Below are positions 1 to 13,700 of a stretch of DNA of 64,000 nucleotides, piece by piece. The notes under the pieces were generated by a model that saw nothing but the letters and a program-made list of their open reading frames with translations, made no database searches and had not been told where the DNA came from. Every line of letters starts with the position of its first letter. Positions within the stretch are counted from its first letter, which is position 1. Source of the stretch: Macrostomum hystrix (lineage: Eukaryota; Animalia; Platyhelminthes). Position numbers and translations under genes: made by a program. The stretch covers positions 5,270,001 through 5,334,000 of the forward strand of contig CATNEN010000005.1 of the NCBI GenBank assembly GCA_950097015.1. Direction: 5' to 3'.

Positions 1-1995
1 AGCACACCCAGGCAGGACTTCTTCAGCACGCTGACATTGTGATTGTTTGTATTTCGCATTGCCCAGCCGCTGGTGTGTCGGCGAACTTCCTCGATGGCCT
101 CGGCGTAAATGAAGCGGCAGTGCCCGTTAGGCCACTGGTTGTAGGGGTCCAAGGACTGCGGCTGAGGGTGTAAATCAAATCAGATGCCTAAATGACTGCC
201 AGTGGATAAGAGAGAGAGGGAAGGAGAGAGGGAAGGAGAGAGGGAAGTAGAGAGGGAAGGAGAGAGGGAAGGAGAGAGGGAAGGAGAGAGGGAAGTAGAG
301 AGGGAAGGAGAGAGGGAAGGAGAAAGGGAAGGAGAGAGGGAAGGAGAGAGGGAAGCAGAGAGTGAAGGAGAGAGGGAAGGAGAGAGGGAAGGAGAGAAGG
401 AAAGAGAAAGGGAAGGAGAGAGTGAAGGAGAGAGGGAAGGAGAGAGGGAAGGAGAGAGGGAAGTAGAGAGGGAAGTAGAGAGGGAAGGAGAGAGGGAAGG
501 AGAAAGGGAAGGAGAGAGGGAAGGAGAGAAGGAAAGAGAAAGGGAAGGAGAGAGTGAAGGAGAGAGTGAAGGAGAGAGGGAAGGAGAGAGGGAAGGAGAG
601 AAGGAAAGAGAAAGGGAAGGAGAGAGTGAAGGAGAGAGAGAGTGAAGGAGAGAGGGAAGGAGAAAGGGAAGGAGAGAGGGAAGCAGAGAGTGAATGAGAG
701 AGGGAAGTAGAGAGGGAAGGAGAGAGGGAAGTAGAGAGGGAAGGAGAGAGGGAAGGAGAAAGGGGAAGGAGAGAGTGAAGGAGAGAGTGAAGGAGAGAGT
801 GAAGGAGAGAGGGAAGGAGAGAAGGAAAGAGAAAGGGAAGGAGAGAGTGAAGGAGAGAGTGAAGGAGAGAGGGAAGGAGAAGGGGAAGGAGAGAGGGAAG
901 CAGAGAGTGAATGAGAGAGGGAAGGAGAGAGGGAAGGAGAGAGGGAAGGAGAGAGGGAAGGAGAGAGGGAAGTAGAGAGGGAAGTAGAGAGGGAAGGAGA
1001 GAGGGAAGGAGAAAGGGAAGGAGAGAGGGAAGGAGAGAAGGAAAGAGAAAGGGAAGGAGAGAGTGAAGGAGAGAGTGAAGGAGAGAGGGAAGGAGAAAGG
1101 GAAGGAGAGAGGGAAGCAGAGAGTGAAGGAGAGAGGGAAGTAGAGAGGGAAGGAGAGAGGGAAGTAGAGAGGGAAGGAGAGAGGGAAGGAGAAAGGGAAG
1201 GAGAGAGTGAAGGAGAGAGTGAAGGAGAGAGGGAAGTAGAGAAGGAAAGAGAAAGGGAAGGAGAGAGTGAAGGAGAGAGTGAAGGAGAGAGGGAAGGAGA
1301 AAGGGAAGGAGAGAGGGAAGCAGAGAGTGAAGGAGAGAGGGAAGGAGAGAGGGAAGGAGAGAGGGAAAGAGAAAGGGAAGGAGAGAGGGAAGGAGAAAGG
1401 GAAGGAGAGAGGGAAGCAGAGAGTGAAGGAGAGAGGGAAGGAGAGAGGGAAGGAGAGAGGGAAGGAGAAAGGGAAGGAGAGAGGGAAGGAGAGAGTGAAG
1501 GAGAGAGGGAAGGAGAGAGGGAAGGAGAGAGGGAAGGAGAGAGGGAAGGAGAGAGGGAAAGAGAAAGGGAAGGAGAGAGGGAAGGAGAAAGGGAAGGAGA
1601 GAGGGAAGCAGAGAGTGAAGGAGAGAGGGAAGGAGAGAGGGAAGGAGAGAGGGAAGGAGAAAGGGAAGGAGAGAGGGAAGCAGAGAGTGAAGGAGAGAGG
1701 GAAGGAGAGAGGGAAGGAGAGAGGGAAGGAGAGAGTGAAGGAGAGAGGGAAGGAGAGAGCGAAGGAGAGAGGGTGTGTGAGTAAAAGGGTTTTAAATATA
1801 AGATAATTTAGAAATGTAAATTAATCGATTGAGGATGGTTCTAACAGGTACGAATAATATTACAATTTAAAGAGACGAAAATCAAATAGAAAAAGAAGTT
1901 AGTGTTTAACTTACAATAGGCAGTTGAATGTCGGCCACATCCCAAGCTGTTTCCACCCGGTCACTAAGATGTGCTATCGGATCTCCGAGTGTCAT
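1..1995 (-). CDS. gcm: Glial cells missing (GCM-domain) transcription factor, 5' part. Exon 1 is 1995-1915 and exon 2 is 161-<1; the gene continues beyond the left edge.
   Basis: Manual translation. Exon 1 gives [27 protein letters not shown], followed by a GTAAG donor. After the acceptor TTTACACCCTCAG, exon 2 gives [53 protein letters not shown]. This matches the GCM signature WDINDxxLP...WPDG...[15 protein letters not shown]...LKKSCLGV. The phase-0 junction is consistent. Confidence 0.93.
208..1772. repeat. Purine-rich minisatellite, ~12-bp unit GAAGGAGAGAGG, filling gcm intron 1
   Basis: Directly visible tandem array. The EREG/KERG ORFs are translations of this repeat. Confidence 0.95.
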
Positions 1996-2459
1996 TTTGA
2001 GTTTGAATGAGAAGATTTGATGATTAAATTGCACAGTCGATCCTTGAAAGCAGTTTTTCTAACCACCGAGAATCGGCAATAATCCAAAACCGATTCGTTG
2101 CATATTTAAATGGGCTAAATCGAGCGGCAGCCAATGAGAATTCGACCTGAAGTGAGTGCTCTATGGTCCTCCTTCTAATTGGTTGCTGGGTTAGACATAG
2201 TTTAATTCGATTCATTTTATTCTTTGTTTAAATAATTGATTCATTATTAAGGGGGGAGAATTGGGTGATATTAGTTTAGATTGCATGAGATTTGGTGAGA
2301 TTTAGGGACATTGGTTTGTAGTAGTAGACAAAGGGATGAGATTGGGTAAGATTTTGATGAGATTGGATAATTATAAAGTCAGGTATAGCAGGTAGGGTGA
2401 GACTATAGGGATTTGGGTTGTGAACCGCTAGAATCGGTTAGATTGTGATTGATTTTGTT

Positions 2460-3445
2460 AGATTGGGTGAAATTTAGTGAAATTCAATGATATTGAGTGA
2501 GATCAGGTGAGATCTGGTGAGACTAACTGAGACTAAGTGAGACTAAGTGAGATTGAGTGAGGTTGAGTGAGATTGAGTGAGACTGAGTTAGATTGGGTGA
2601 GATTAAGTGAGATTGGGTGAGGTTGAGTGAGATTAAATGAGATTAAGTGAGATTGAATGAGATTGAGTGAGATTATGTGATATCGAGTGAGATTAAGTTA
2701 GATTGGGTGAGGTTGAGTGAGACTTAATGAGATTAAGTGAGATTGAGTCCGATTTAGTGAGATTGAGTGAGGTTGAGTCAGTTTAAGTTAGACTGAGTGA
2801 GATAAAATGAGATTGAATGAGGTTGAGTGAGATTTAGTGTGATTGAGTGAGATTGAGTGAGATTTAGTGAGATTGAGTGAGATTGAGTGAGACTGAGTGA
2901 GATTGAGTGAGGTTGAGTGAGATTTAGTGAGACTGAGTGAGGTTGAGTGAGATTAAATGAGATTAAGTGAGATTGAGCCCGATTTAGTCAGATTTAGTGA
3001 GATTGAGTGAGATTGAGTGAGGTTGAGTGAGATTAAATGAGATTGAGCCCGATTTAGTCAGATTTAGTGAGATTGAGTGAGGTTGAGTGAGATTAAATGA
3101 GATTAAGTGAGATTGAGCCCGATTTAGTCAGATTTAGTGAGATTGAGTGAGATTGAGTGAGGTTGAGTGAGATTAAATGAGATTAAGTGAGATTGAGCCC
3201 GATTTAGTGGGATTGAGTGAGGTTGAGTGAGATTAAGTGAAATCTGAGTGAGATTAAATGGGATTGAATGAGGTTGAGTGACATTTAGTGTGATTGAGTG
3301 AGATTAAGTGAGATTTAGTGAGATTAAGTAATATTGAGTGAGATTGAGTGAGGTTGAGTGAGATTGACTGAGATCGGGTGAGATCTTGTGAGATTGAGTG
3401 AGATTCGGTGAGATTGGGTGAGGGTGCAATAGATTGAGCGAGACA
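2460..3445. repeat. Diverged 10-bp minisatellite (TGAGATTGAG)n upstream of gcm
   Basis: Visible 10-bp periodicity with variants TGAGGTTGAG and TGAGATTAAG. Confidence 0.9.
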
Positions 3446-4789
3446 AAAAGTGAGATTTGATAAGAAAGCTCTAAATTGTACGTTGGAGCTGTGACGGCAA
3501 TTTAGTTAATTAGGCTATTAACTGCAATTAACTGATTTGAATAAAAATGATATAATACTTGACAGACATCTGTTGGAAAAATATGAGTCGACAACAAAAA
3601 TCACTTTAACAGATTGGCTCTGAGAACGAGGAGAAAAAATGAAAGTTCAAGTAGTGATTTTAAGAATTAAGATTTCAATATATTTTAACTGATAGTTTTT
3701 AATCGCTATCTGTAGTTTGTTAAAGTTTAACTTCCTTCCATTAGTTTGTTAAACTTTTTGTTCTATTTTTTCTATTCTTAAAGCTAATTGAACACAAATC
3801 ACTGCGACTTGTAAGGGAATTCTAACAAAAAAGTGATTTCTGTGTTCTGCCTGCAATTTGGTATTGAAATGTTTCTAAAGCTAGATTTCAGGCCATCGAT
3901 GACCTAGATTGATAAGAATCAAGTCTTGGTGGTTTTAGTTGTGTCTTTGTCTTTTTTTCCATGCTGCACGTTGCGTATTTTTTTCTGTTGATTCTTAACC
4001 AGCTCTACATTTGAGCTTGTGACAGATGTCAGGGTAGGGGGACCTACACAAAGCCCAAACAAGTAGTCCCAGGGTGCAGCTGACAAATTACTTTATAAAC
4101 AATTCCCCAACATACTCCTGCTCATGTTTAGGAGAGTTCTCAATGAGTGGGATTCTGATGGTAAGCCAACGAATGAGGAAAAATTTCCCAATTTTGTGTG
4201 CTCGTCTCCCCTCCCACTTGGTGAATTATCTAACTTTGAATGCCTGTCTCTCAGCGGTATTTCTGGCTTTGACATGCGGGCCCAACTCAGAGAGGCGCAT
4301 CAACACTAGAATGATGGGGGGCAAGGAAATGGCATGCATTTGAGAACCTGTCAGCACTTAACCTGTGTCTCAAGCTGGTTCTAAGGTCAAACCATTTTTA
4401 AGCCACCGCTTTTTTAAGTAAAACATTTTGAGAATCAACACATGAAAACCAATTATTAATTGTTTCATAAAATCATTTTTTAAAGTGGTTTTCCGTGATT
4501 TTCGTGTGCATTTTGTGTTTTTGGATATTCGTGACTATTCTCAAGGGAACTCAATTTCAGTCTACCTATTTATGACGTCTCTTGAAAGAATTCCCAATAG
4601 ATCAAAATTGTGATCTAGTACTAGCTACTAAGTGATGTAATCCATTGGGAACATAATTACTAAACCAAATGAAAAACTAGATACAAGTGATGCGTTAGTT
4701 AAGCCTTTATTGTGTCATATAATGTATATAGCGACAACTTTCCCCGGCCTGTGTACCGGCGTCCGTTGAAAGGGCTAAATTGTTTAAAT

Positions 4790-5065
4790 GGAGGTTAATG
4801 GCTTAGCGGAAACGCGTTTGCCTCTCGTACCAAGGTCCCTGAGCTCGATTCCGCGACGAGGCCACATTCATTTAGGGCGCAGCCGCGGGGAGAAGGCTTG
4901 GGGCGTGTGCAATTTATGCCTCAGGCACAGTGAGATTGTACACTGCCTGACGATGAGAAAGTCGGCAAATGTACACACCTGTGTGCAGTATCTGTGGGCG
5001 TGCGTGCGTGCTCAAGAGTCGAGGGAATCGACAGTGCAGAACTGTTTCCTCGCTGGCAGCGGCTC
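4790..5065 (+). mobile_element. tRNA-derived SINE, family A, 3'-degenerate copy
   Basis: A-box-like TGGCTTAGCGG and B-box-like GCTCGATTCC. The body (GGCGCAGCCGCGG-AGAAGGCTTGGGG, GTACACTGCCTGACGATGAGAAAGTC, GTACACACCTGTGTG) is shared with other copies in the window. Confidence 0.8.
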
Positions 5066-5689
5066 AACTCTCATCAAACCATGCAAATCAGTGTTCACAA
5101 TAAGAAATCATCAGTGAATGTGAATTCTTAGACACGAAAATTTATTTTTCTAAGTTTTTGACGATTAAATAAAAAAGTGTTTGATAAACTTGCGCAATAA
5201 AATTTTTACGCATGTGTTATAAATAGGTAAACGCAGCGGCTTTTTAAAAGGTTTTAAATATCATCAGCCAGGCTAGCAGCATCACTATTAGCATAAAGGG
5301 ATTAGAAAATATTTATTTATAGTGGCAAAGCTAACAGCGGAAGGTAGGGGCACCCGCATGAAAAGTGTCCACCCAGTCACCAGCAAACAATGCAACCTTA
5401 ATTATCATCATCGAAATTCAGCGCCGGTGTAAATTGCTATTTTTATTATAATAGGCCCTTATATGCTAAATACGACTTTTGAGTCAAGCTGACTAGCTGA
5501 CTATATATTGGGAAATATATATATTACGGTGTTTTCGTTGTACGCAGTTAAAAACTGTACAAGCGCTGGAACAGAGCAGCTTAGAGGGACTTAATCAGCA
5601 TGGACTGATAATCCTACAATTCAGACCTGTGCTGACAGCTTGGCCTATATAACTAACTACTCCCATTTTCTAGATAATATTTCTCACTT

Positions 5690-6392
5690 CCGCTCTACCT
5701 CTCTACCATCGTCTCTCCCTCCACTCTACCTCTCTCCCTCCAGTCTACCTCTCTCCCTCCACTCTCCCTCTCTCCCTCCACTCTACCTCTCTCCCTCCAC
5801 TCTACCTCTCTCCCTCCACTCTACCTCTCTCCCTCCACTCTACCTCTCTCCCTCCACTCTACCTCTCTCCCTCCAGTCTACCTCTCTCCCTCCACTCTAC
5901 CTCTCTCCCTCCACCCTACCTCTCTCCCTCCCCTCTACCTCTTTCCCTCCACTCTACCTCTTTCCCTCCACTCTACCTCTCTCTCTCCACTCTACCTCTC
6001 TCCCTCCAGTCTACCTCTCTCCCTCCAGTCTACCTCTCTCCCTCCAGTCTACCTCTCTCCCTCCACTCTACCTCTCTCCCTCCACTCTACCTCTCTCCCT
6101 CCACTCTACCTCTCTCCCTCCACTCTCCCTCCACTCTACCTCTCGGCACTCTACCTCTCTCCCTCCACTCTACCTCTGTTCCTCCAGTCTCCCTCTCTCC
6201 CTCCGCTTTACCTCTCTCCCTCCACTCTCCCTCTCTCCCTCCACTCTACCTCTCTCCCTCCACTCTACCTCTCTCCCTCCACTCTACCTCTCTCTCCCTC
6301 CACTCTACCTCTCTCCCTCCACTCTACCTCTCTCCCTCCACTCTACCTCTCTCCCTCCGCTCTGCCTCTCTCCCTCTCTCCCTCTCTCTACT
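5690..6392. repeat. Pyrimidine-rich minisatellite, ~19-bp unit CTCTACCTCTCTCCCTCCA
   Basis: Visible tandem array. ORF 5640-6437 is a translation of it. Confidence 0.93.
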
Positions 6393-8149
6393 GTCTCCTC
6401 TCTGTTCGCCTTTCATAACGTTAACCCACTTGTCTAACGCTTTACAAGTAGAATATTTCTGCTTCGATCATTTTCTTTTTCTTTTCTTTGTTCCTAAATT
6501 TTCCCCATCCTTTTAGCTCGCACATCCTGAGTGACTTCTGTAGTTTTCTACTTCTTTATCATGTATTCGATCAATTAGATTTTCGTCACCAGCTCTCTCC
6601 TTTATATTCAGTATTCATTTTTGAGAGGCGGAAAAATTTAATATGTAATTACTGCTGTGTTTTATTGCTGTTAAAATTTATGACCAATGATCACTGACTT
6701 CTTTCCACACTTTTTACTACAATACTACAATACTACAATACTACAATAGACACCACAATGGGGAATATTAGTATGAAGTGACTGTTGTGATCCTCGGCAC
6801 TTTTAGAAAACGATACTTATACGCTTTTATTGCAGTTTCTGTACCTATACATTAGTAAACAGCATTAGGGTGGATAATGGGTATTAATATATGCGCAAGC
6901 GCATGCAAATGGGGTTGCTCTCACTCTCAATTGAATGCAGCGGCTGCCTCAGACTTGAATGAAGCTGGTAAAACATAGTAAAATAATTAATTATCCACAA
7001 CTATCGACTAAGTAAAATTGATCATAACTTCTTTCGCAGACAGTGTTTTGTAAAAAAAGGGTTTCTAATATTTTACGGAGTAGCACATATCATAGAAGGT
7101 TTTTCATACTATTCAGAATATGTACCAAAATTGATATTAAATTTTAGCGAAACCGGAAAGCATCAACATGCTTTGCCTGGAATCAACTAGGCTCTAGTAT
7201 TGCAAAAAATCACATTATTGTGCATTATTGTGTACTGTACAATTTATATTATTATTATACATTTGAAACAAAAAAGCTAAACAAGCGTTATCTACATTGC
7301 ACAGAGAAAACTTATTTCTTAGCAATTAGTGTATGATCTTTTGTTATACTTGTTCATATAAATTTTGTACAGTAAATTTTCTAGGAACACATCCTGCAGC
7401 ATGTGGTAAAAATTGCCACTGTATTAGACGATTTAATTAGAATTTTCCACTAACGTCCGTCGTCCAGCTCAGCTCAATTTGTTTCACACTTCTAATCTCC
7501 TGCTTTCGATTTCTGCGTCTTTTTCTAGCATATCAACATCAAGCCATTTTTACAAATGCTTAGAAAATAGCCTGTGGTTTCGTGAGAAAAAATCGTGTTA
7601 TAGTAATAGGCCTACAGACTAATACAGATAATAAAAATATAGGGCCAAACGTTCGTTATAACTCGATAAAATAGCGGTTACTAGTATCTTATCCTAAATG
7701 ATAAGTTTATGCTTTTAACTAAATATTTACTGTCAGTATTACCTATGACAGTATGACAGTACTATGACAGTATGTTTTAGAAGTAGCCTTAAAATAAGAA
7801 TTTGTTTACTTACAAGTTTACACTACACATGGCTGAATACTTTTAAGCCTTAAGTGTATTGTATTGTATATGTATATATTTAGCATTAATATATTAGCTT
7901 TTATCTATGTTCTGTAAAATAAAACATTCATTTCTTTTCAACCAAAAGGTGGTATAGTATTATAGTTACATTCTGACAAATAAACATTAAGTTAAGTTTA
8001 TTATATGTCCAAGCTGATAAGTTTGTCACTACATAGCTATAGATTTGTTAAGTGACAAAAGAAATATAGTTATGTAGTTAGATTTTTTCTAGTTAAAAAT
8101 TGTCCTGGAAAAAGTCAACTAAAAATCCCTCTTATTTTAGCGTGGCTCA

Positions 8150-8900
8150 AGCAAGAGCCAGTGCCACTTAATAATTGTATTTCAATACTAAGACCATAGT
8201 CAAGATAATGCTAAGTATACACATACCCATTTTATATTATAGCCATAGGATAAGAAATGTCAGGATAAATGTTTTCACAGGCACATGTCTTGATCTACAT
8301 TTGTTATATGACACAAATGCATGCCAGGATTTTAGGCATATATGCTACATGATCTGGACTAAAGAGCCAAGGACATAGACCTATCCTATGATTATTATAA
8401 TATAGTCTTAATCTGTATGGATTGTTGTCCTTACTCTACTCTTAGGCCTACTCCTAGTTGCACCTGAGTTTTAGATGTGAACATCCCTGGCTTGTTACTA
8501 AGTGTATCATTAACAGTAACATTGTTGATACCCTTTGATCTTTATTTCCTTGTTAGGCCTATATGAGTTACTATGGCCAAACAACCAGTCTTAATTATTT
8601 GAAGGATAAATCTGATCTTAAATAATATCAAAGCTATAGATATAAGTGTGGATGAAATAGAAACAGGCATTCACAGATCTTTATTATCTATGTTACTTGA
8701 CAATCTTGCACTTGGGTACTGTGTCATTCAATTCATGTTGTGTATTGCTAATTGACTACCTGCCAAATGCCTACAGTGATTGATTTTCAGTGCCAATGAT
8801 GTCTTGTTAGACTGGTAGTTTGAATTCTCTTAATGAACTTAAACTGTCAGACTTATTTACGTTGCTACTTCTTTATAAATTCATTTGTTCTTTTTAGTTT
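8150..8900 (+). mobile_element. Possible highly decayed non-LTR retrotransposon (L2/Crack-like) RT remnant
   Basis: Weak motif echoes in the expected order: GTCLDL...YDT (compare GIFLDLSKAFDT), LLLGLLL (compare ILGPLLF) and LNELKLSDLFTLLLLYK (compare the LKLxDL...MYK C-terminal motif). All are interrupted by stops. Confidence 0.3.
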
Positions 8901-9555
8901 TAGTCCACAACAAGTGTGTGCCCATTCATTTTAAGAAATATTTCACCCTTCACCCTTCCACCTTCCACCATTATTTCTTGATCACAATAAAAACAATTTG
9001 CTAATAGCTCTATAGCCATGCTAAGCTAATATAAAAATTTAATTTAATCTCCCCTTATTTTAACAAAAATGAACTAGATTTGCTTAGTTATTTGCAACAC
9101 AACAATCAATGTCATTGATCAAATTTTCCATTTGCACAAAGCAATTCTGAGTAGGCAATAGTTGCTGCAATACATCATATATCAGAAACCCTTTATTATT
9201 TGGTTCTTTTAAGAAATTTGAGAAGGAATGCAACTGTTTATCTCAAATCAAAATCCTACAAGATATATATTTTGCATATTTTCTATGTACATGGTCAACA
9301 GTGTTAACTTTGGAGCATAAGCTAGTAGATTTAGAGCTTATTGACCTAGACTAATTGGACTAAAAACACAGAAGTCTTGGGCAAGAATTTCAGCTAAAGG
9401 CGTAAATCTTGCTACTTAAGCTAGATACTTAATTCCCCATTGCTTCAGTTTACCCAACTGTAAAATGGTTATAAACTATCTGGGTTAGACATTTTGGTAT
9501 ACACTGTTCTTTTGTTTCCTTAGTCTATGGCCCAAGCAGCTGTTTTCAACCTGGG

Positions 9556-10196
9556 ATTGATTCTTCAGTAGGTCATCGCTTCATCTATGATTCTTCAGTA
9601 GGTCATCGCTTCATCTATGATTCTTCAGTAGGTCATCGCTTCATCTATGATTCTTCAGTAGGTCATCGCTTCATCTATGATTCTTCAGTAGGTCATCGCT
9701 TCATCTATGATTCTTCAGTAGGTCATCGCTTCATCTATGATTCTTCAGTAGGTCATCGCTTCATCTATGATTCTTCAGTAGGTCATCGCTTCATCTATGA
9801 TTCTTCAGTAGGTCATCGCTTCATCTATGATTCTTCAGTAGGTCATCGCTTCATCTATGATTCTTCAGTAGGTCATCGCTTCGTCTATGATTCTTCAGTA
9901 GGTCATCGCTTCATCTATGATTCTTCAGTAGGTCATCGCTTTATCTATGATTCTTCAGTAGGTCATCGCTTCATCTATGATTCTTCAGTAGGTCATCGCT
10001 TCATCTATGATTCTTCAGTAGGTCATCGCTTCATCTATGATTCTTCAGTAGGTCATCGCTTCATCTATGATTCTTCAGTAGGTCATCGCTTCGTCTATGA
10101 TTCTTCAGTAGGTCATCGCTTCATCTATGATTCTTCAGTAGGTCATCGCTTCATCTATGATTCTTCAGTAGGTCATCGCTTCATCTATGATTCTTC
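9556..10196. repeat. 30-bp minisatellite GATTCTTCAGTAGGTCATCGCTTCATCTAT, left block (~21 units)
   Basis: Near-perfect visible tandem array. Confidence 0.97.
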
Positions 10197-10760
10197 TTCA
10201 CAATTAATTTTTCTAAAACTTGAAATGCAAGTTTTCTAACAATAATAGGTTTATAATTTTTGAAAATTTTATCTATATGTGATTTTTCCTACTTCCAGTA
10301 GTATGATAAGCAGTCTCGACGAAAATCATCTTCTGAATAAAAACGCATTCGAATACTCGCTTAATGCACAAACTGCACCCCCGTTCTCACGTGATCCTAT
10401 AAGCTGACTAATTTTAGGCCAATGTGATGAAAACTATAGGCTTGAAGAATCTAGTAGCTGTCAACAGCCTTTGTTCCGATCACAATTCGTGTGCTGATAA
10501 AAGTCTAAATTTACATTTTGTTCGCAGCAATGATTCTGTGACTCTTTTCATAGAGATACGCCATGAAATGCAATGCGGGTTTTTCTGTAGCCAATTTTAT
10601 TTGGTAAATGCTTTGTCACAAAGCTATCGAGTTTTTTGTGTTTGTCTCTACAAAATCTGGAATTAATTTGCGGCACTTAAGTTAATTGCTTAGTAAGAGT
10701 GATGCTCGCCAGAAGTGTTTAACCTTGCTTGCTATCTAAATGTCTGAATGCCTGCGATTT

Positions 10761-13700
10761 ATTGATACTTCAGTAGGTCATCGCTTCATCTAAGAGACTT
10801 CAGTAGGTCATCGCTTCGTCTATGATTCTTCAGTAGGTCATCGCTTCATCTATGATTCTTCAGTAGGTCATCGCTTCATCTATGATTCTTCAGTAGGTCA
10901 TCGCTTCATCTATGATTCTTCAGTAGGTCATCGCTTCATCTATGATTCTTCAGTAGGTCATCGCTTCATCTATGATTCTTCAGTAGGTCATCGCTTCATC
11001 TATGATTCTTCAGTAGGTCATCGCTTCGTCTTTGATTCTTCAGTAGGTCATCGCTTCATCTATGATTCTTCAGTAGGTCATCGCTTCATCTATGATTCTT
11101 CAGTAGGTCATCGCTTCATCTATGATTCTTCAGTAGGTCATCGCTTCATCTATGATTCTTCAGTAGGTCAACGCTTCATCCATGATTCTTCAGTAGGTCA
11201 TCGCTTCATCTATGATTCTTCAGTAGGTCATCGCTTCATCTATGATTCTTCAGTAGGTCATCGCTTCATCTATGATTCTTCAGTAGGTCATCGCTTCGTC
11301 TATGATTCTTCAGTAGGTCATCGCTTCATCTATGATTCTTCAGTAGGTCATCGCTTCATCTAAGAGACTTCAGTAGGTCATCGCTTCATCTATGATTCTT
11401 CAGTAGGTCATCGCTTCATCTATGATTCTTCAGTAGGTCATCGCTTCATCTATGATTCTTCAGTAGGTCATCGCTTCATCTATGATTCTTCAGTAGGTCA
11501 TCGCTTCATCTAAGATACTTCAGTAGGTCATCGCTTCATCTATGATTCTTCAGTAGGTCATCGCTTCATCTATGATTCTTCAGTAGGTCATCGCTTCATC
11601 TATGATTCTTCAGTAGGTCATCGCTTCATCTATGATTCTTCAGTAGGTCATCGCTTCGTCTATGATTCTTCAGTAGGACATCGCTTCATCTAAGAGACTT
11701 CAGTAGGTCATCGCTTCGTCTATGATTCTTCAGTAGGTCATCGCTTCGTCTATGATTCTTCAGTAGGTCATCGCTTCATCTATGATTCTTCAGTAGGTCA
11801 TCGCTTCATCTAAGATTCTTCAGTAGGTCATCGCTTCATCTATGATTCTTCAGTAGGTCATCGCTTCGTCTATGATTCTTCAGTAGGTCATCGCTTCATC
11901 TAAGAGACTTCAGTAGGTCATCGCTTCGTCTATGATTCTTCATTAGGTCATCGCTTCATCTAAGATACTTCAGTAGGTCATCGCTTCGTCTATGATTCTT
12001 CAGTAGGTCATCGCTTCATCTATGATTCTTCAGTAGGTCATCGCTTCATCTATGATTCTTCAGTAGGTCATCGCTTCATCTATGATTCTTCAGTAGGTCA
12101 TCGCTTCGTCTATGATTCTTCAGTAGGTCATTGCTTAATCTATGATTCTTCAGTAGGTCATCGCTTCGTCTATGATTCTTCAGTAGGTCATCGCTTCATC
12201 TATGATACTTCAGTAGGTCATCGCTTCATCTATGATTCTTCAGTAGGTCATCGCTTCATCTATGATTCTTCAGTAGGTCATCGCTTCATCTATGATTCTT
12301 CAGTAGGTCATCGCTTCGTCTTTGATTCTTCAGTAGGTCATCGCTTCATCTATGATTCTTCAGTAGGTCATCGCTTCATCTATGATTCTTCAGTAGGTCA
12401 TCGCTTCATCTATGATTCTTCAGTAGGTCATCGCTTCATCTATGATTCTTCAGTAGGTCAACGCTTCATCCATGATTCTTCAGTAGGTCATCGCTTCATC
12501 TATGATTCTTCAGTAGGTCATCGCTTCATCTATGATTCTTCAGTAGGTCATCGCTTCATCTATGATTCTTCAGTAGGTCATCGCTTCGTCTATGATTCTT
12601 CAGTAGGTCATCGCTTCATCTATGATTCTTCAGTAGGTCATCGCTTCATCTAAGAGACTTCAGTAGGTCATCGCTTCATCTATGATTCTTCAGTAGGTCA
12701 TCGCTTCATCTATGATTCTTCAGTAGGTCATCGCTTCATCTATGATTCTTCAGTAGGTCATCGCTTCATCTATGATTCTTCAGTAGGTCATCGCTTCATC
12801 TAAGATACTTCAGTAGGTCATCGCTTCATCTATGATTCTTCAGTAGGTCATCGCTTCATCTATGATTCTTCAGTAGGTCATCGCTTCATCTATGATTCTT
12901 CAGTAGGTCATCGCTTCATCTATGATTCTTCAGTAGGTCATCGCTTCGTCTATGATTCTTCAGTAGGACATCGCTTCATCTAAGAGACTTCAGTAGGTCA
13001 TCGCTTCGTCTATGATTCTTCAGTAGGTCATCGCTTCGTCTATGATTCTTCAGTAGGTCATCGCTTCATCTATGATTCTTCAGTAGGTCATCGCTTCATC
13101 TAAGATTCTTCAGTAGGTCATCGCTTCATCTATGATTCTTCAGTAGGTCATCGCTTCGTCTATGATTCTTCAGTAGGTCATCGCTTCATCTAAGAGACTT
13201 CAGTAGGTCATCGCTTCGTCTATGATTCTTCATTAGGTCATCGCTTCATCTAAGATACTTCAGTAGGTCATCGCTTCGTCTATGATTCTTCAGTAGGTCA
13301 TCGCTTCATCTATGATTCTTCAGTAGGTCATCGCTTCATCTATGATTCTTCAGTAGGTCATCGCTTCATCTATGATTCTTCAGTAGGTCATCGCTTCGTC
13401 TATGATTCTTCAGTAGGTCATTGCTTAATCTATGATTCTTCAGTAGGTCATCGCTTCGTCTATGATTCTTCAGTAGGTCATCGCTTCATCTATGATACTT
13501 CAGTAGGTCATCGCTTCATCTATGATTCTTCAGTAGGTCATCGCTTCATCTATGATTCTTCAGTAGGTCATCGCTTCATCTATGATTCTTCAGTAGGTCA
13601 TCGCTTCGTCTATGATTCTTCAGTAGGTCATCGCTTCATCTATGATTCTTCAGTAGGTCATCGCTTCATCTATGATTCTTCAGTAGGTCATCGCTTCATC

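Noticed and set aside
202-1806. ORFs of EREG/KERG repeats
   Set aside because: They are translations of the GA minisatellite inside gcm intron 1 and lie antisense to the real gene.
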